A stretch of 64,000 nucleotides of DNA, from NCBI GenBank assembly GCA_026987115.1, contig JALSNF010000015.1:2537-66536 (forward strand), given 5' to 3'. This DNA is from Desulfurobacteriaceae bacterium. GTDB lineage: Bacteria > Aquificota > Aquificia > Desulfurobacteriales > Desulfurobacteriaceae. A program made the translations under genes and the position numbers. Shown here one piece after another: positions 28,543-38,537 of this stretch. The first letter of the stretch is position 1, and each line of letters starts with the position of its first letter. The notes under the pieces are model-generated. The model saw only the letters and a list, made by a program, of their open reading frames with translations. It was not told the DNA's origin and ran no database searches.

Positions 28543-29276
28543 TACTCGTTAATCAGCCTGACCATTTTCTCAACTGCCTCTTTCATTCCAAGCAAAATGG
28601 CGTTTGCAACTATTGAGTGGCCTATGTTAAGCTCTTCAATCTCCTCTATCTGGGCTATCGGTTTAACGTTCTTGTAGGTTAAGCCGTGTCCCGCATAGAC
28701 TTTAAGTCCAATCTCCTTTGCAAACTTTGCCCCTTTCTTTATCCTGTTTAACTCCCTTTTAACTTTCTCTTCGTCGTTCTCTGCAAAGGCCTCTGCGTAA
28801 GCTCCCGTGTGGAGCTCCACTGCGTCTGCCCCTGCCTCCTTTGCCTTCCTTATCTGCTCTTCCTCGGGGTCAATAAAGATGTTAACGGTTATGCCTGCCT
28901 CCTTTAGCTTACTTACAGCCTCCTTTACCTTTTCAAAGTTCCCTACAACGTCAAGCCCTCCCTCTGTCGTAATCTCTTGTCTTTTTTCGGGAACTAAGGT
29001 TGTCTGGTGAGGCTTTACCTTTAGGGCAAGCTCTATCATCTCTTTGGTTATTGCCATTTCAAGGTTTACTCTTGAGTGAATTAACTCCTTTATGAGCTTT
29101 AGGTCCCTCTCGTTAACGTGGCGTCTGTCCTCTCTAACGTGCAAGGTTATCTGGTCGGCACCTGCAAGGTCTGCTATTACTGCGGCGTGAACAGGGTCTG
29201 GCTCAAAGGTTCTCCTTGCGTTCCTCACAGTTGCAACGTGGTCTATGTTAACTCCTAACCTTATCCTCCTTTTCAC
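28542..29276 (-). CDS. pdxJ: Pyridoxine 5'-phosphate synthase
   Basis: 244 aa with LGVNIDHVATVRNAR, HVREDRRH, ELHTGAYA and NIGHSI motifs. Confidence 0.95.
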   Translation of the reverse strand: MKRRIRLGVNIDHVATVRNARRTFEPDPVHAAVIADLAGADQITLHVREDRRHVNERDLKLIKELIHSRVNLEMAITKEMIELALKVKPHQTTLVPEKRQEITTEGGLDVVGNFEKVKEAVSKLKEAGITVNIFIDPEEEQIRKAKEAGADAVELHTGAYAEAFAENDEEKVKRELNRIKKGAKFAKEIGLKVYAGHGLTYKNVKPIAQIEEIEELNIGHSIVANAILLGMKEAVEKMVRLINE

Positions 29277-29314
29277 TCTTTCCTCCCTATTTTATTTTCA
29301 ATTAAAATTATTCC

Positions 29315-29641
29315 ATGAAGAAAGGTTTTACTCTACTTGAAGTTCTCTTTGCAGTTGCAGTTTTGGGCTTCTCCTTTGGTGCTTTCCTCCTCCTTGCAGG
29401 AAAGAGCCTTGATGCTTCCGACGAGCTTTTAAAAACTACCTTGGCAAGCGTTCTAGCAAATAACCTCTTAAATGAAGTCCTTTACGGGGGAAAGGAGGTT
29501 TCAGGAAGCAAGGTGGAGCTCCTAAACTACAAGTTTACCGCCTCTCAAGATTTTGAAGAGGTTATGGGGTTTAGGATAGTTAAAGTAGAGGTTGGAACAC
29601 AGGACAAGGGGAATTTAGTTGAAGTTTATGAAGCCCGCTAA
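29315..29641 (+). CDS. Prepilin-type N-terminal cleavage/methylation protein (minor pseudopilin-like)
   Basis: 108 aa with the leader MKKGFTLLEVLFAVAVLG (class III signal: G|FTLLE plus a hydrophobic helix). Confidence 0.7.
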   Translation: MKKGFTLLEVLFAVAVLGFSFGAFLLLAGKSLDASDELLKTTLASVLANNLLNEVLYGGKEVSGSKVELLNYKFTASQDFEEVMGFRIVKVEVGTQDKGNLVEVYEAR

Positions 29642-30173
29642 AGGTTTTACCCTTTTAGAGCTCCTTTTAGCAGTTGCCCTTTCTGCCTTTGTCTTGGCAG
29701 TCTCCTACCAGTTCTTTAACTTAGTTAAACTTTCAGGAAGGTCTGCAGTTGAGAACTTTAAGCTTCAAGGTCTGATTCCTCCTTTCTTTTACCTCTTTTT
29801 AAGGGACATTGAATCGGCAAACCAGAACTACGGAGGCTTTAAAGTTTACAGGGACTTAGATGGAAACCTTGAGGGTTTTGAATTTACAACTGAGAACTGC
29901 TACTACTTTAAGGGGATTTGCACCGTTAAGTACTGGCTCTACAGGGGAAGAGGAGGGAAGAGATATCTTTTTAGGAGTGAATACGACTTTAACTCTCCTT
30001 TAAAGGCCGTTAGCTTTCCCCTGTCTTTCAAGAACGCATCTTTAGAGCTCTTTACCCTCTCTGGCGGAAACTGGGTTAAGTTTAACGGAGGTAGGGTAAA
30101 CCTGCTTAAGGTCTTAATAGAGTTTAAGGGTGAGGGGGTGGAGCTCCCCCTCGTTTTTAAAGTTAGAACCTAA
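29628..30173 (+). CDS. Prepilin-type N-terminal cleavage/methylation protein (minor pseudopilin-like)
   Basis: Leader MKPAKGFTLLELLLAVALSAF. I prefer ATG 29628 to the TTG at 29619. Overlaps the previous pseudopilin gene. Confidence 0.65.
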   Translation: MKPAKGFTLLELLLAVALSAFVLAVSYQFFNLVKLSGRSAVENFKLQGLIPPFFYLFLRDIESANQNYGGFKVYRDLDGNLEGFEFTTENCYYFKGICTVKYWLYRGRGGKRYLFRSEYDFNSPLKAVSFPLSFKNASLELFTLSGGNWVKFNGGRVNLLKVLIEFKGEGVELPLVFKVRT

Positions 30174-31116
30174 ACATTTGGCTTATTGATTCTCCGTAGT
30201 GGATTCTCCTTATTGCCTCTGAGAGCATACCTGCAACAGTTAAGATTTTAATTCCCTCAAATTCTTCCCTAAGGGGAATAGTATCGGTTATTACCACTTC
30301 TTTTATTATTCCCTCTTTTACTGCTTTGCTTAACCTCTCAACTGCGGGGCCTGAAAATACAGGATGGGTGCAGGCAGTATAAACTTCGGTAGCTCCCCTT
30401 TCTTTGATAGCCCTTGCTGCGTTAACTATCGTTCCTGCCGTATCTATTATGTCGTCAACTATTATTGCCCTTTTCCCTTCAACTTCTCCTATTATGTTCA
30501 TAACTTCAGAGACGTTAGGTCTCGGTCTCCTCTTGTCTATTATGGCTATTGGAGAGCTTAACACCTTTGCAAAGTTCCTGGCCCTTGCAACTCCTCCTAT
30601 GTCAGGGGAGACAACTACCGTATCTTCCCCTCCTATTCCTTGAGAGAGGAAGTACTCTGTTAAAACTGGCCTTGCTTCAAGGTGGTCAACGGGAACGTCA
30701 AAGAAACCCTCAACTTGCTTTGCGTGAAGGTCAACAACTACTACGTGGTTGACCCCTGAAACGGTAATTATGTCGGCAAGGAGCTTTGCGCTTATAGGGT
30801 CCCTCGGGTTTACCTTCCTGTCCTGCCTTCCGTAGGCGTAGTAGGGAATTACTGCGGTAATTCTGCCTGCAGAGGCCCTTTTTAAAGCATCTGCGATTAA
30901 AAGGAGCTCCATTATGTTATCGTTTGCAGGCCTTGATAGAGATTGAATTATAAATACATCACAGTCCCTAACGCTCTCGTTAATAACTACCTGAATCTCT
31001 CCGTCGCTGAACCTACCTACTACTGCGTCTGCCAGGGGAATTCCCAGGTTTGCAGAGACCTTCTTTGCAAGTTCAGGGTTTGAAGTTCCAGTTATCAACT
31101 TTACCTGTTTCATCAT
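30163..31116 (-). CDS. prs: Ribose-phosphate pyrophosphokinase
   Basis: 317 aa with the PRPP-binding loop IIVDDIIDTAGT and YYAYGRQDRK. Confidence 0.95.
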   Translation of the reverse strand: MMKQVKLITGTSNPELAKKVSANLGIPLADAVVGRFSDGEIQVVINESVRDCDVFIIQSLSRPANDNIMELLLIADALKRASAGRITAVIPYYAYGRQDRKVNPRDPISAKLLADIITVSGVNHVVVVDLHAKQVEGFFDVPVDHLEARPVLTEYFLSQGIGGEDTVVVSPDIGGVARARNFAKVLSSPIAIIDKRRPRPNVSEVMNIIGEVEGKRAIIVDDIIDTAGTIVNAARAIKERGATEVYTACTHPVFSGPAVERLSKAVKEGIIKEVVITDTIPLREEFEGIKILTVAGMLSEAIRRIHYGESISQMFRF

Positions 31117-31125
31117 CTACCCCTC

Positions 31126-31788
31126 TTAAGAGAAGTTTTTGAGCTTTTCCTTAAAAGCTTTTACGTTCTCTTTTATGTTCCCTTTAAATACTGCCGAGCC
31201 TGCAACTATTATCCTTGCTCCTGAGCTTAAAACCTTTTCTACGTTGTCAAGTTTTATCCCTCCGTCAACCTCAATAAGGAGCTCCTGGTTTAGCTTTTCC
31301 GCCATTTTCTTCAACTTCTCTATTTTCCTCAATGACGTTTCTATAAACTTCTGACCCCCAAATCCGGGGTTTACAGACATAACCAGAACAAAGTCTAAAA
31401 ACGGCAGAATTTCTTCAAGGAAGTTTATTGGCGTTGAAGGATTTACTGCTACGCCTGCCTTTGCTCCTTCAGACTTTATAGTTTCAACTATCCTGTGGTG
31501 GTGAACTGCCGCTTCAAAGTGGAACGAGATGTAATTTGCCCCCGCTTTTATAAAGTCCCTTATGTACTTTTCCGGCTCAACTATCATAAGGTGAACATCT
31601 AAAGGTATTTCAACTTCTTTCTTTAAAGACTCAACTACCGGAATTCCAATAGTTATGTTTGGAACGAACCTACCGTCCATAACGTCAACGTGGAGCAGGT
31701 CTGCTCCTGCACTTTGGGCCTCTTTTGCCTCCTTGCCGAGCCTTGCAAAGTCTGCAGAGAGTATTGAAGGTGCTAAGAGGGGCTTCAT
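31126..31788 (-). CDS. rpe: Ribulose-phosphate 3-epimerase
   Basis: 220 aa with APSILSADF, HVDVMDGRFVPN and MSVNPGFGGQKF motifs. Confidence 0.95.
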   Translation of the reverse strand: MKPLLAPSILSADFARLGKEAKEAQSAGADLLHVDVMDGRFVPNITIGIPVVESLKKEVEIPLDVHLMIVEPEKYIRDFIKAGANYISFHFEAAVHHHRIVETIKSEGAKAGVAVNPSTPINFLEEILPFLDFVLVMSVNPGFGGQKFIETSLRKIEKLKKMAEKLNQELLIEVDGGIKLDNVEKVLSSGARIIVAGSAVFKGNIKENVKAFKEKLKNFS

Positions 31789-31879
31789 TAAGTCTCCAGC
31801 TCTTGGTTTAAGCGAATTCTAACAAATGAAAAGACAATTTACAGGTTAAAATTAAATTTATTAAGCTGGGAGGTGAAGA

Positions 31880-32395
31880 ATGATAAAAGCCTTTGGTGAT
31901 TTAGTTCCGAAACTTGGTAAGGGAGTGTTTGTCGCCGAGAACGCTACCGTTATAGGGGATGTTGAAATAGGAGACGATAGCTCAGTATGGTTTGGAGCCG
32001 TTTTAAGGGGAGACGTTAACTACATAAAAGTTGGAAAGTGCACTTCAATTCAAGACGGTTCGGTAGTCCACGTGACGAGGAAGACCCACCCTACGGTAAT
32101 TGGCTCTTACGTTACTGTGGGCCACGGGGTTAAGCTTCACGGTTGCACTGTTAAAGACTACTGTTTAATAGGTATAGGGGCCGTTATCCTTGACGGAGCT
32201 GTTATAGGTGAAGGCTCAATAGTTGCTGCCGGCTCTTTAGTTCCTCCGGGGAAGGTATTTCCTCCTAGGAGTTTGATAATGGGCTTTCCTGCTGCCGTTA
32301 GAAGGGAGCTCTCAGAGGAGGAGGTTGAAAACTTAAAGGAGCATGCTTTAAGGTATGTTAAGTATAAAGAGGAGTACTTAAGTTTAGGCTTTTGA
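31880..32395 (+). CDS. Gamma-carbonic-anhydrase-like left-handed beta-helix protein (YrdA/PaaY type)
   Basis: 171 aa of hexapeptide repeats with VWFGAVLRGD and GHGVKLHGC. Confidence 0.8.
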   Translation: MIKAFGDLVPKLGKGVFVAENATVIGDVEIGDDSSVWFGAVLRGDVNYIKVGKCTSIQDGSVVHVTRKTHPTVIGSYVTVGHGVKLHGCTVKDYCLIGIGAVILDGAVIGEGSIVAAGSLVPPGKVFPPRSLIMGFPAAVRRELSEEEVENLKEHALRYVKYKEEYLSLGF

Positions 32396-32439
32396 TGTAT
32401 ATTTAATTACTTCTATAAAACTATTTTGGAGAGTTTTAC

Positions 32440-33459
32440 TTGGAGAGGTTAACAGAGAGGGAAAGGGACATACTGTTAAAGCTTACCGAGCTTTACATAA
32501 AGGAGGGGGAGCCTGTAGGCTCAAGGACTCTCCAGAAGGTTTACTCTCTGCCTTTTAGTCCTGCTACTGTAAGGAATGTTATGGCAGACTTAGAAGATAA
32601 AGGTTATCTATACCAACCCCACACCTCGGCAGGTAGAATTCCCACAGACGAAGGTCTAAAGGTTTACATTAACAGTCTCTTTTTTAAGCTGGGCACCACA
32701 GACGAGACTCTAGTTAGCAGACTTATAGATTACTTAAAGAGCACTAACGTTTCAGATAGGGACGAGGTTTTAGCAAAAGTTTTAGACTTCCTTAGGAGCT
32801 TTACCGGTTATGCCGGCTTTGGAGTTAACCTGGTGGAGAGCTTAACAGTTGAGTCTATCTCCCTTATAAAGGTCTCCTCTGAAAAGCTGTTAATGGTAAT
32901 TAACTTTAAGCCTGATTACATTCTCCATAAGGTTATAAGGGCTAAACTCCCTGAAGGGGAGCTCCAGAAACTCAGCAAAACTTTAACTTACAAGTTTAGA
33001 GGCAAAACCCTTTCAGAGGTTAAAAGGGAGCTAATAGAGGAGATAGACTCTTTAAGGAGGGAGATAAACGCCATTTCCTTTAAGCTTAACTCTCAGATAT
33101 TAAAGGCTTTAAATGAGGCTAATCAGGTTGAGATTTACGGGGTTTCAAGCCTCGTTGACGTCGTTTCTGGAGACTTAAAGAGGATGAGGGAGCTCTTAAA
33201 CCTCCTTGAAGAGAAGAGCCTTTTCCTGAAAATACTTAAAGAGTTCTTGGGTAAGAAGAGGAAGGTTGAGGTCATATTGGGTTCTGAAACTGAGATTGAC
33301 TCTTTGGCTCCCTTTAGTTTCGTTTTGGGGAAGTACAGCGTAGGCTTTAAAAGTAGCGGAATTGTAGGCGTAATTGGGCCAAAGAGGATGGACTACTCTC
33401 AAGTAATACCGATAGTAGAGAACGTGGCTAAAGCCCTTTCTGTGATTTTAAATAAGTAG
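32440..33459 (+). CDS. hrcA: Heat-inducible transcription repressor HrcA
   Basis: 339 aa with the N-terminal wHTH ERERDILLKLTELYIKEGEPVGSRTL and NVMADLEDKGYLYQPHTSAGRIPT. TTG start. Confidence 0.85.
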   Translation: MERLTERERDILLKLTELYIKEGEPVGSRTLQKVYSLPFSPATVRNVMADLEDKGYLYQPHTSAGRIPTDEGLKVYINSLFFKLGTTDETLVSRLIDYLKSTNVSDRDEVLAKVLDFLRSFTGYAGFGVNLVESLTVESISLIKVSSEKLLMVINFKPDYILHKVIRAKLPEGELQKLSKTLTYKFRGKTLSEVKRELIEEIDSLRREINAISFKLNSQILKALNEANQVEIYGVSSLVDVVSGDLKRMRELLNLLEEKSLFLKILKEFLGKKRKVEVILGSETEIDSLAPFSFVLGKYSVGFKSSGIVGVIGPKRMDYSQVIPIVENVAKALSVILNK

Positions 33460-33460
33460 A

Positions 33461-33553
33461 GCCGGAGCCTTACTGCACACGCCCTTCAGGCTTACCGTTG
33501 CTCCCTTCCGGGCCTGGCGGGGTTCACCCTCCGGGCGTTGCAGAGACCCCGGC
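33461..33553 (-). ncRNA. ffs: Signal recognition particle RNA (small 4.5S-type)
   Basis: GC-rich island in AT-rich spacer. The minus-strand RNA reads GCCGGGGUCUCUGC...CCAGGCCCGGAAGGGAGCAACGG...GCAGUAAGGCUCCGGC. It has the domain-IV GGAA tetraloop with flanking CAGG / AGCA loops as in E. coli 4.5S (CAGGUCCGGAAGGAAGCAGCC), and its ends pair. Confidence 0.8.
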
Positions 33554-33560
33554 AGTTATT

Positions 33561-33588
33561 AATTTAAACTGTTTCCTTTAGTTTTCAA
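33561..33588 (-). promoter_or_regulatory. Candidate promoter of SRP RNA
   Basis: On the minus strand: TTGAAA (33588-33583), a 16-nt spacer, TAAATT (33566-33561), then 7 nt to the first G of the RNA. The -35 element lies inside the last codons of the upstream DUF309 gene. Confidence 0.45.
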
Positions 33589-34159
33589 CCTTTCCCTTAA
33601 GGGAAATCGGCTCTTGGGTTTCCTTTGCTTTCTTTAGGTTCTCCTTTAAGGCGTCAACGTTTACCCCAAAGAGCTCTCCTTTATAACCGTCTAAAAGCTC
33701 AAGGGCATTGTCAATTAAGAGCTCAAATCCCCTAACGTTAAAGTTCTTTAAGTGGTAGTAGGCAGTTCCTATCTGAATTAAAGCTTGAAGGAAGTCCCTG
33801 TTTTTCCCGAACTCTCCCATCCAGACTTCCTCTAAAAGCTCGTGGACCTCAAAGTAGAGCCCCTTTTCAAAGAGCAGTGAAGCTACTTCTACGCTCCTTC
33901 CTATGTCCTCTTGTGTAGGTTCAAAGTCTTCCTTTAAGTCCTTTAGAAACTCGCGGTAGGAGGTTGCCTTTTCCCTTAAAAACTCTTCAGTAAACGGGTC
34001 TAAATCCTGTTCTTTTAGCTCTAAGTGGGGAATAGGGAAAGAGCCCTTTAGGATTGCATCTACGGCCTCCTTAAGCTCCTTAAGGGCTCTCTCTTCTCCC
34101 TCTCTTAAGTAGTCGCAGAGGTTGTGGGCAAACCAGTTCCTTATGTCAAAGAGCTCCAT
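33578..34159 (-). CDS. DUF309-domain protein
   Basis: 193 aa. The C-terminal half LFEKGLYFEVHELLEEVW...FLQALIQIGTAYYHLKNFNVRG fits the DUF309 helical repeat pattern. ATG shares a base with the leuC stop (TAATG). Confidence 0.55.
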   Translation of the reverse strand: MELFDIRNWFAHNLCDYLREGEERALKELKEAVDAILKGSFPIPHLELKEQDLDPFTEEFLREKATSYREFLKDLKEDFEPTQEDIGRSVEVASLLFEKGLYFEVHELLEEVWMGEFGKNRDFLQALIQIGTAYYHLKNFNVRGFELLIDNALELLDGYKGELFGVNVDALKENLKKAKETQEPISLKGKVEN

Positions 34160-35433
34160 TAATTGCTTTCTCCTACCACTTCCTCTGGGTGAGCAATTCT
34201 CCCCATTACTGCAGAAGCGGCTGCTACTGCAGGAGAGGAGAGGTAAACCTCGCTTTCAGGGTGCCCCATCCTTCCTACAAAGTTCCTGTTCGTCGTTGCA
34301 ACTGCCCTTTCTCCCTTTGCAAGTATTCCCATGTGTCCCCCTAAACAGGGACCGCAGGTAGGAGTTGAGACCACGCACTCGGCCTCAAGGAAGATGTCAA
34401 TTAGCCCTTCCTTTAAAGCCTGTCTGTAGATTTCTTGAGTTGCAGGTATAACTATGCACCTTACGTTGGGGTTAACCTTTTTGCCCTTTAGAATCTGGGC
34501 AGCTACTCTAAGGTCGCTTATCCTGCCGTTTGTGCACGAGCCTATAACAACTTGGTCTATTGTTATGTGGGTGGCTTCTGAAACGGGCCTTGTGTTTGAA
34601 GGAAGGTAAGGAAACGCCACTTGGGGCTCTATTTTTGAAACGTCTATTTCGTAAACCTCGCTGTACTCTGCGTCTGGGTCAGACTTGTAGAGTTTGTAAG
34701 GCCTTTTTGCCCTTCCCTTAACGTATTCTAAGGTCTTTTCGTCTGGCTCTATTATCCCGTTTTTGGCTCCGGCCTCTATTGCCATGTTGCATATTGTGAA
34801 CCTGTCGTCCATGGGGAGCTCCCTTATAGCCTCTCCCGTGTGCTCCATGGTTTTATAGAGAGCTCCGTCAACGCCAATCATCCCTATTACGTATAGGATA
34901 ATGTCCTTCCCTCCTACCCACTTTTTACGCTTTCCGTAGTAGATAAACTTCATCTGCTCTGGGACCTTAAACCACACCTCTCCTGTAAGCCAAGCGTAGG
35001 CCATGTCTGTTGAGCCTACCCCAGTTGAGAAGGCGCCGAGAGCTCCGTAGGTGCAGGTGTGAGAGTCTGCCCCTATTACCACGTCTCCGGGAACCACAAC
35101 TCCCTGCTCCGGAAGTAGTGCGTGCTCAATTCCTACTCTTCCCTCTGGCCAGAAGTGCTTTATTTTAAACTCCCTTGCAAAGTCCCTCATCATCTTTACC
35201 TGCTGTGCAGCCTTTATGTCCTTTGCAGGGACGAAGTGGTCAGGCACTAAAGCAATCCTTTCTCTGTCCCAGACCTCCTTAACTCCAAGCTCTTTAACCT
35301 GCTTAATGGCAATAGGAGCGGTAACGTCGTTTGCAAGGGCAATGTCAACCTTGCACATTACCAGCTCTCCGGGGTAAACTTCCTCCCTTCCTGCGTGCTC
35401 TGCCAATATCTTCTGAGTTATGGTCATTCCCAT
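34159..35433 (-). CDS. leuC: 3-isopropylmalate (or homoaconitate/methylmalate) dehydratase large subunit
   Basis: 424-aa aconitase-family protein with Fe-S ligand motifs [14 protein letters not shown] and CGPCLG. No small-subunit gene is adjacent. Confidence 0.85.
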   Translation of the reverse strand: MGMTITQKILAEHAGREEVYPGELVMCKVDIALANDVTAPIAIKQVKELGVKEVWDRERIALVPDHFVPAKDIKAAQQVKMMRDFAREFKIKHFWPEGRVGIEHALLPEQGVVVPGDVVIGADSHTCTYGALGAFSTGVGSTDMAYAWLTGEVWFKVPEQMKFIYYGKRKKWVGGKDIILYVIGMIGVDGALYKTMEHTGEAIRELPMDDRFTICNMAIEAGAKNGIIEPDEKTLEYVKGRAKRPYKLYKSDPDAEYSEVYEIDVSKIEPQVAFPYLPSNTRPVSEATHITIDQVVIGSCTNGRISDLRVAAQILKGKKVNPNVRCIVIPATQEIYRQALKEGLIDIFLEAECVVSTPTCGPCLGGHMGILAKGERAVATTNRNFVGRMGHPESEVYLSSPAVAAASAVMGRIAHPEEVVGESN

Positions 35434-35467
35434 CTTTGTGCTCCTTTTCCTTTGGTTTGGAGCTCAA

Positions 35468-35476
35468 ATTATATCA
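35468..35476 (-). promoter_or_regulatory. Candidate extended -10 promoter element for leuC
   Basis: The minus strand reads TGATATAAT (TGnTATAAT consensus) about 35 nt upstream of the leuC ATG. The -35 region is poor. Confidence 0.4.
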
Positions 35477-35516
35477 GCGTATTAAACTTAAGCTTAAACT
35501 CTTAAAGGAGGGAAGG

Positions 35517-36158
35517 GTGAGAGCTCTCTTTGGAGGAAGTTTCAACCCTGTCCACAACGGCCACCTAATATTGGCCAGAGACATTCTGGAAGACTTCTCC
35601 TTAAGTGAGGTTATCTTCGTTCCGGCGATGGTTCAGCCTTTAAAGGGCAAACTCCTTATACCTCCTGAAGTTCGCCTTAAGGCCTTAAAAGCCGCCGTCT
35701 CCCTACAGGAAGGCTTTAGGGTCTGGAGCTACGAGGTAGAGAAGGGAGGAATCTCCTACACTTACGATACTTTAAGAGAGTACCACAGGATTTACCGAGA
35801 GAGGCCCTATTTCATAATGGGAGCAGATTCATTTGCTACCTTTCACCTTTGGAGAAACCCCAAGGGAATTTTAAGGCTTTCCCGCCTTATAGTGGTTTCT
35901 AGGCCTAATTTTAACTTAAATTTCCGCAAAGTCCTTTTAAGAGTTGACCCTGGAGCTAAAGTTTTAGAAGTTGAAAGGGGAGGTGTTGACTTTAAACCCT
36001 CTGCCGATGTTATCATATACAGAGGAAGGCTTTTAGAAATAAGCTCAACTGAGATAAGGAAGAGGCTTAGGGAGGGGAAGTCTGTTTCCTACTTCCTCCC
36101 TGAAAGCTCCCTTGAAGTTATAAGGAGGTGGCAAGATGCCTTACAGAAAGATGTTTAA
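35517..36158 (+). CDS. nadD: Nicotinate-nucleotide adenylyltransferase
   Basis: GTG start after AAGGAGGG gives VRALFGGSFNPVHNGH (the (H/T)xGH motif). The 62 upstream codons of the track ORF lie antisense to leuC and are rejected. Confidence 0.85.
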   Translation: MRALFGGSFNPVHNGHLILARDILEDFSLSEVIFVPAMVQPLKGKLLIPPEVRLKALKAAVSLQEGFRVWSYEVEKGGISYTYDTLREYHRIYRERPYFIMGADSFATFHLWRNPKGILRLSRLIVVSRPNFNLNFRKVLLRVDPGAKVLEVERGGVDFKPSADVIIYRGRLLEISSTEIRKRLREGKSVSYFLPESSLEVIRRWQDALQKDV

Positions 36159-37353
36159 CAAGATGACTTTAAAGGACATTCCCCCTGAAAAGCTTAAAAG
36201 TAAAAGGGTTTTCGTTAGGGTTGACTTTAACGTTCCCATTGAAGACGGAGTTATCTTGAACGACAAGAGGATTAGGGCTGCTCTCCCTACCGTTAACTAC
36301 CTAATTGACCACAAGGCTAAGGTCATTCTCTGCTCCCACCTTGACAGGCCAAAAGGTTGGGACCCTAAACTGTCTTTAAAGCCCGTTGCCGAAAGGCTTT
36401 CAAGGCTTTTAGAGAAAGAGGTTAAGTTCGTTCCCGACTGTGTAGGGGAAATGGTTGAGAAGGAAGTTAACTCCCTTAAAGAGGGTGAAGTTTGCTTACT
36501 TGAAAACGTTAGGTTCTACCCTGAAGAGACAAAGAACGACCCGGAGTTTGCCAAAAAACTTGCTTTGCTTGCAGACATCTACGTTAACGACGCCTTTGGA
36601 ACTGCCCACAGGAAGCACGCTTCAACTTACGGTATTACCAAGTTCGTTCCCCTTGCAGTGGCAGGTTTCCTCCTTGAAAAGGAGATTAAATACCTTCAAA
36701 AAGCGCTTGACAACCCGCAAAGGCCTTTGGTTTTAGTAATAGGAGGCTCAAAGGTTTCCGGTAAGCTTGAGGTTATAGAGAACCTGTTAAAAATTGTTGA
36801 CAAGATGCTTATAGGGGGAGGAATGGCCTATACCTTCCTCAAGGCTTTAGGTTGTGAGGTAGGTAGGTCTTTGGTTGAACGAGAGCTCTTAGAGACCGCA
36901 AAGAGAATTTTAGAAGAGGCAGAAGAAAATGGAGTTAAGCTCTACCTTCCTGTTGACAGCAACAACGCCGACGAGTTTTCGCCAAATGCCCATACAAAGC
37001 TCACCACCTATAAAGAAATCCCCAAAGACATGATGGGACTTGACATAGGGCCTGCAACGGTTCTCCTCTTTAAAGAGGCGATTTCTGACGCTAAAACGGT
37101 CCTTTGGAACGGCCCTATGGGCGTTTACGAGTTTGAGAAGTTTAGGTTTGGAACTTTAGAGGTTGCAAAGGTAATTGCAGAAAGGAGGGACGCTTTAAGG
37201 ATAGTTGGCGGCGGGGACAGCGTAGCGGCAATTGAGGAGCTCGGTTTAGAGGGTTCTTTTGACCACGTTTCTACAGGGGGCGGTGCTTTCCTTCAGTTCT
37301 TAGCTGGGAAGGAGCTCCCCGGAGTTGTTGCCCTTACCGACAGACCTTCTTAG
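36136..37353 (+). CDS. pgk: Phosphoglycerate kinase
   Basis: 405 aa with VRVDFNVP, SHLDRPKG, NDAFGTAHR and GGGDS motifs. Confidence 0.95.
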   Translation: MPYRKMFNKMTLKDIPPEKLKSKRVFVRVDFNVPIEDGVILNDKRIRAALPTVNYLIDHKAKVILCSHLDRPKGWDPKLSLKPVAERLSRLLEKEVKFVPDCVGEMVEKEVNSLKEGEVCLLENVRFYPEETKNDPEFAKKLALLADIYVNDAFGTAHRKHASTYGITKFVPLAVAGFLLEKEIKYLQKALDNPQRPLVLVIGGSKVSGKLEVIENLLKIVDKMLIGGGMAYTFLKALGCEVGRSLVERELLETAKRILEEAEENGVKLYLPVDSNNADEFSPNAHTKLTTYKEIPKDMMGLDIGPATVLLFKEAISDAKTVLWNGPMGVYEFEKFRFGTLEVAKVIAERRDALRIVGGGDSVAAIEELGLEGSFDHVSTGGGAFLQFLAGKELPGVVALTDRPS

Positions 37354-38537
37354 TAGATAACCAAGTTAACTCCCTTGTAAAGGAGGTAGGGAATCTCTGA
37401 AGGTTTGTCCAGTGAGTCAACTAAGAAGAAGTTTTCCTTGGGGGCCATAACTAAGAGCCCCCTTACCTTAAACTTTGAGCGCTTTCCGGTTGTTGGGGGT
37501 TCGTAGAAAAGGAGCTCTACCTCTTTGTTTGCAATTGGAACTAAGCCAAGTATGTTTTCTACGTCATTGAGGAAGTTTCCCGATAAGATGGCAACTTTGT
37601 AGCCTTTAAGCTCAAGTTTAACTTTCTCTTTGGGCTCTATAGTATCGTAAGCTATAGAGAGCTTTAAAGTGGGGAAGTTAAGTCCCCACTCTTCCTCTTT
37701 CCCTCTCTTCCCTGTTAGGAGGAAGAGCAGATTTCCTATTTTCTTAATTCCCTCTCCTTGCAAAATCTTTAATTTACCGTACCCTTCATTATGAGAAGGG
37801 TCTTTAAACTTGGGCTGAAGCAGGGCTATTCCGTAGGAGTTTAAAATACCTTCTAAGGTTGGAGGTGTATCTCCTTTAAGGTTTATAACTGTTCTTTGTC
37901 CTGTGAACCTGTTGTAGGCTAAAAAGTCAAAGTTGTACTCTAGTATGTCCCTTTCGCCTAAGATTAGCTTGCCGTTTTTCTCTATCCCTACAAAGTTTAG
38001 AGATAGCGTCTTTTCAATTAGCGATTTAAGGTTTTCCCTGTTTACGACGTTAAAACCGGCAGAAAGGAGCTCCCTTTTTACCTTTTTCCCTATCCTGTTT
38101 GACAGGTCTAAAATAAACCTTTTTTCTCCTACCCTTATTAAAGGGTTTTTCCTTAAATAAATTTTCCTGTTTCCTACAAATAGAATCCCTTCTCTTTTTA
38201 CCCTTGCTCCAAGAAGTTTGAGTAACTTAAGCTCCTCTCCTTTGTTTCTCCTTACAATTCCTCTATTTCTGTGGGGAACAGGGATTTTAATGATAGAGCC
38301 TGCGTAGATTAAGTTTGGGTTCTTTAGCCTGTTTAACTTTACTACTTTATAAAGGAAACTCCTAGGGAGCTGGAACTTCCTTAGTATTTTAAGCAGTGTG
38401 TCTCCGGCTTTTATTTTGTAGAGGAGGAAGTTGGTAGAGCCTCGTTCTTCCCTCTCTTTAATTATGTTTAGTTGGTAAGTGTCTGCTCTTGCTACTGCTA
38501 GTGTCGTTAGGAGTATTAGGAGAGCTCTCTTGACCAT
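37350..38537 (-). CDS. Secreted LysM-domain protein
   Basis: 395 aa with a signal peptide ([18 protein letters not shown]) and a LysM motif ([16 protein letters not shown]...[14 protein letters not shown]). The remaining ~300 aa are unassigned. Confidence 0.6.
   Translation of the reverse strand: MVKRALLILLTTLAVARADTYQLNIIKEREERGSTNFLLYKIKAGDTLLKILRKFQLPRSFLYKVVKLNRLKNPNLIYAGSIIKIPVPHRNRGIVRRNKGEELKLLKLLGARVKREGILFVGNRKIYLRKNPLIRVGEKRFILDLSNRIGKKVKRELLSAGFNVVNRENLKSLIEKTLSLNFVGIEKNGKLILGERDILEYNFDFLAYNRFTGQRTVINLKGDTPPTLEGILNSYGIALLQPKFKDPSHNEGYGKLKILQGEGIKKIGNLLFLLTGKRGKEEEWGLNFPTLKLSIAYDTIEPKEKVKLELKGYKVAILSGNFLNDVENILGLVPIANKEVELLFYEPPTTGKRSKFKVRGLLVMAPKENFFLVDSLDKPSEIPYLLYKGVNLVIY

Noticed and set aside
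35331-35516. A 62-codon N-terminal extension of the nadD ORF ([15 protein letters not shown]...).
   Set aside because: It lies antisense to the 5' end of leuC and crosses the intergenic promoter region. NadD homology and a strong Shine-Dalgarno site (AAGGAGGG) begin at GTG 35517.
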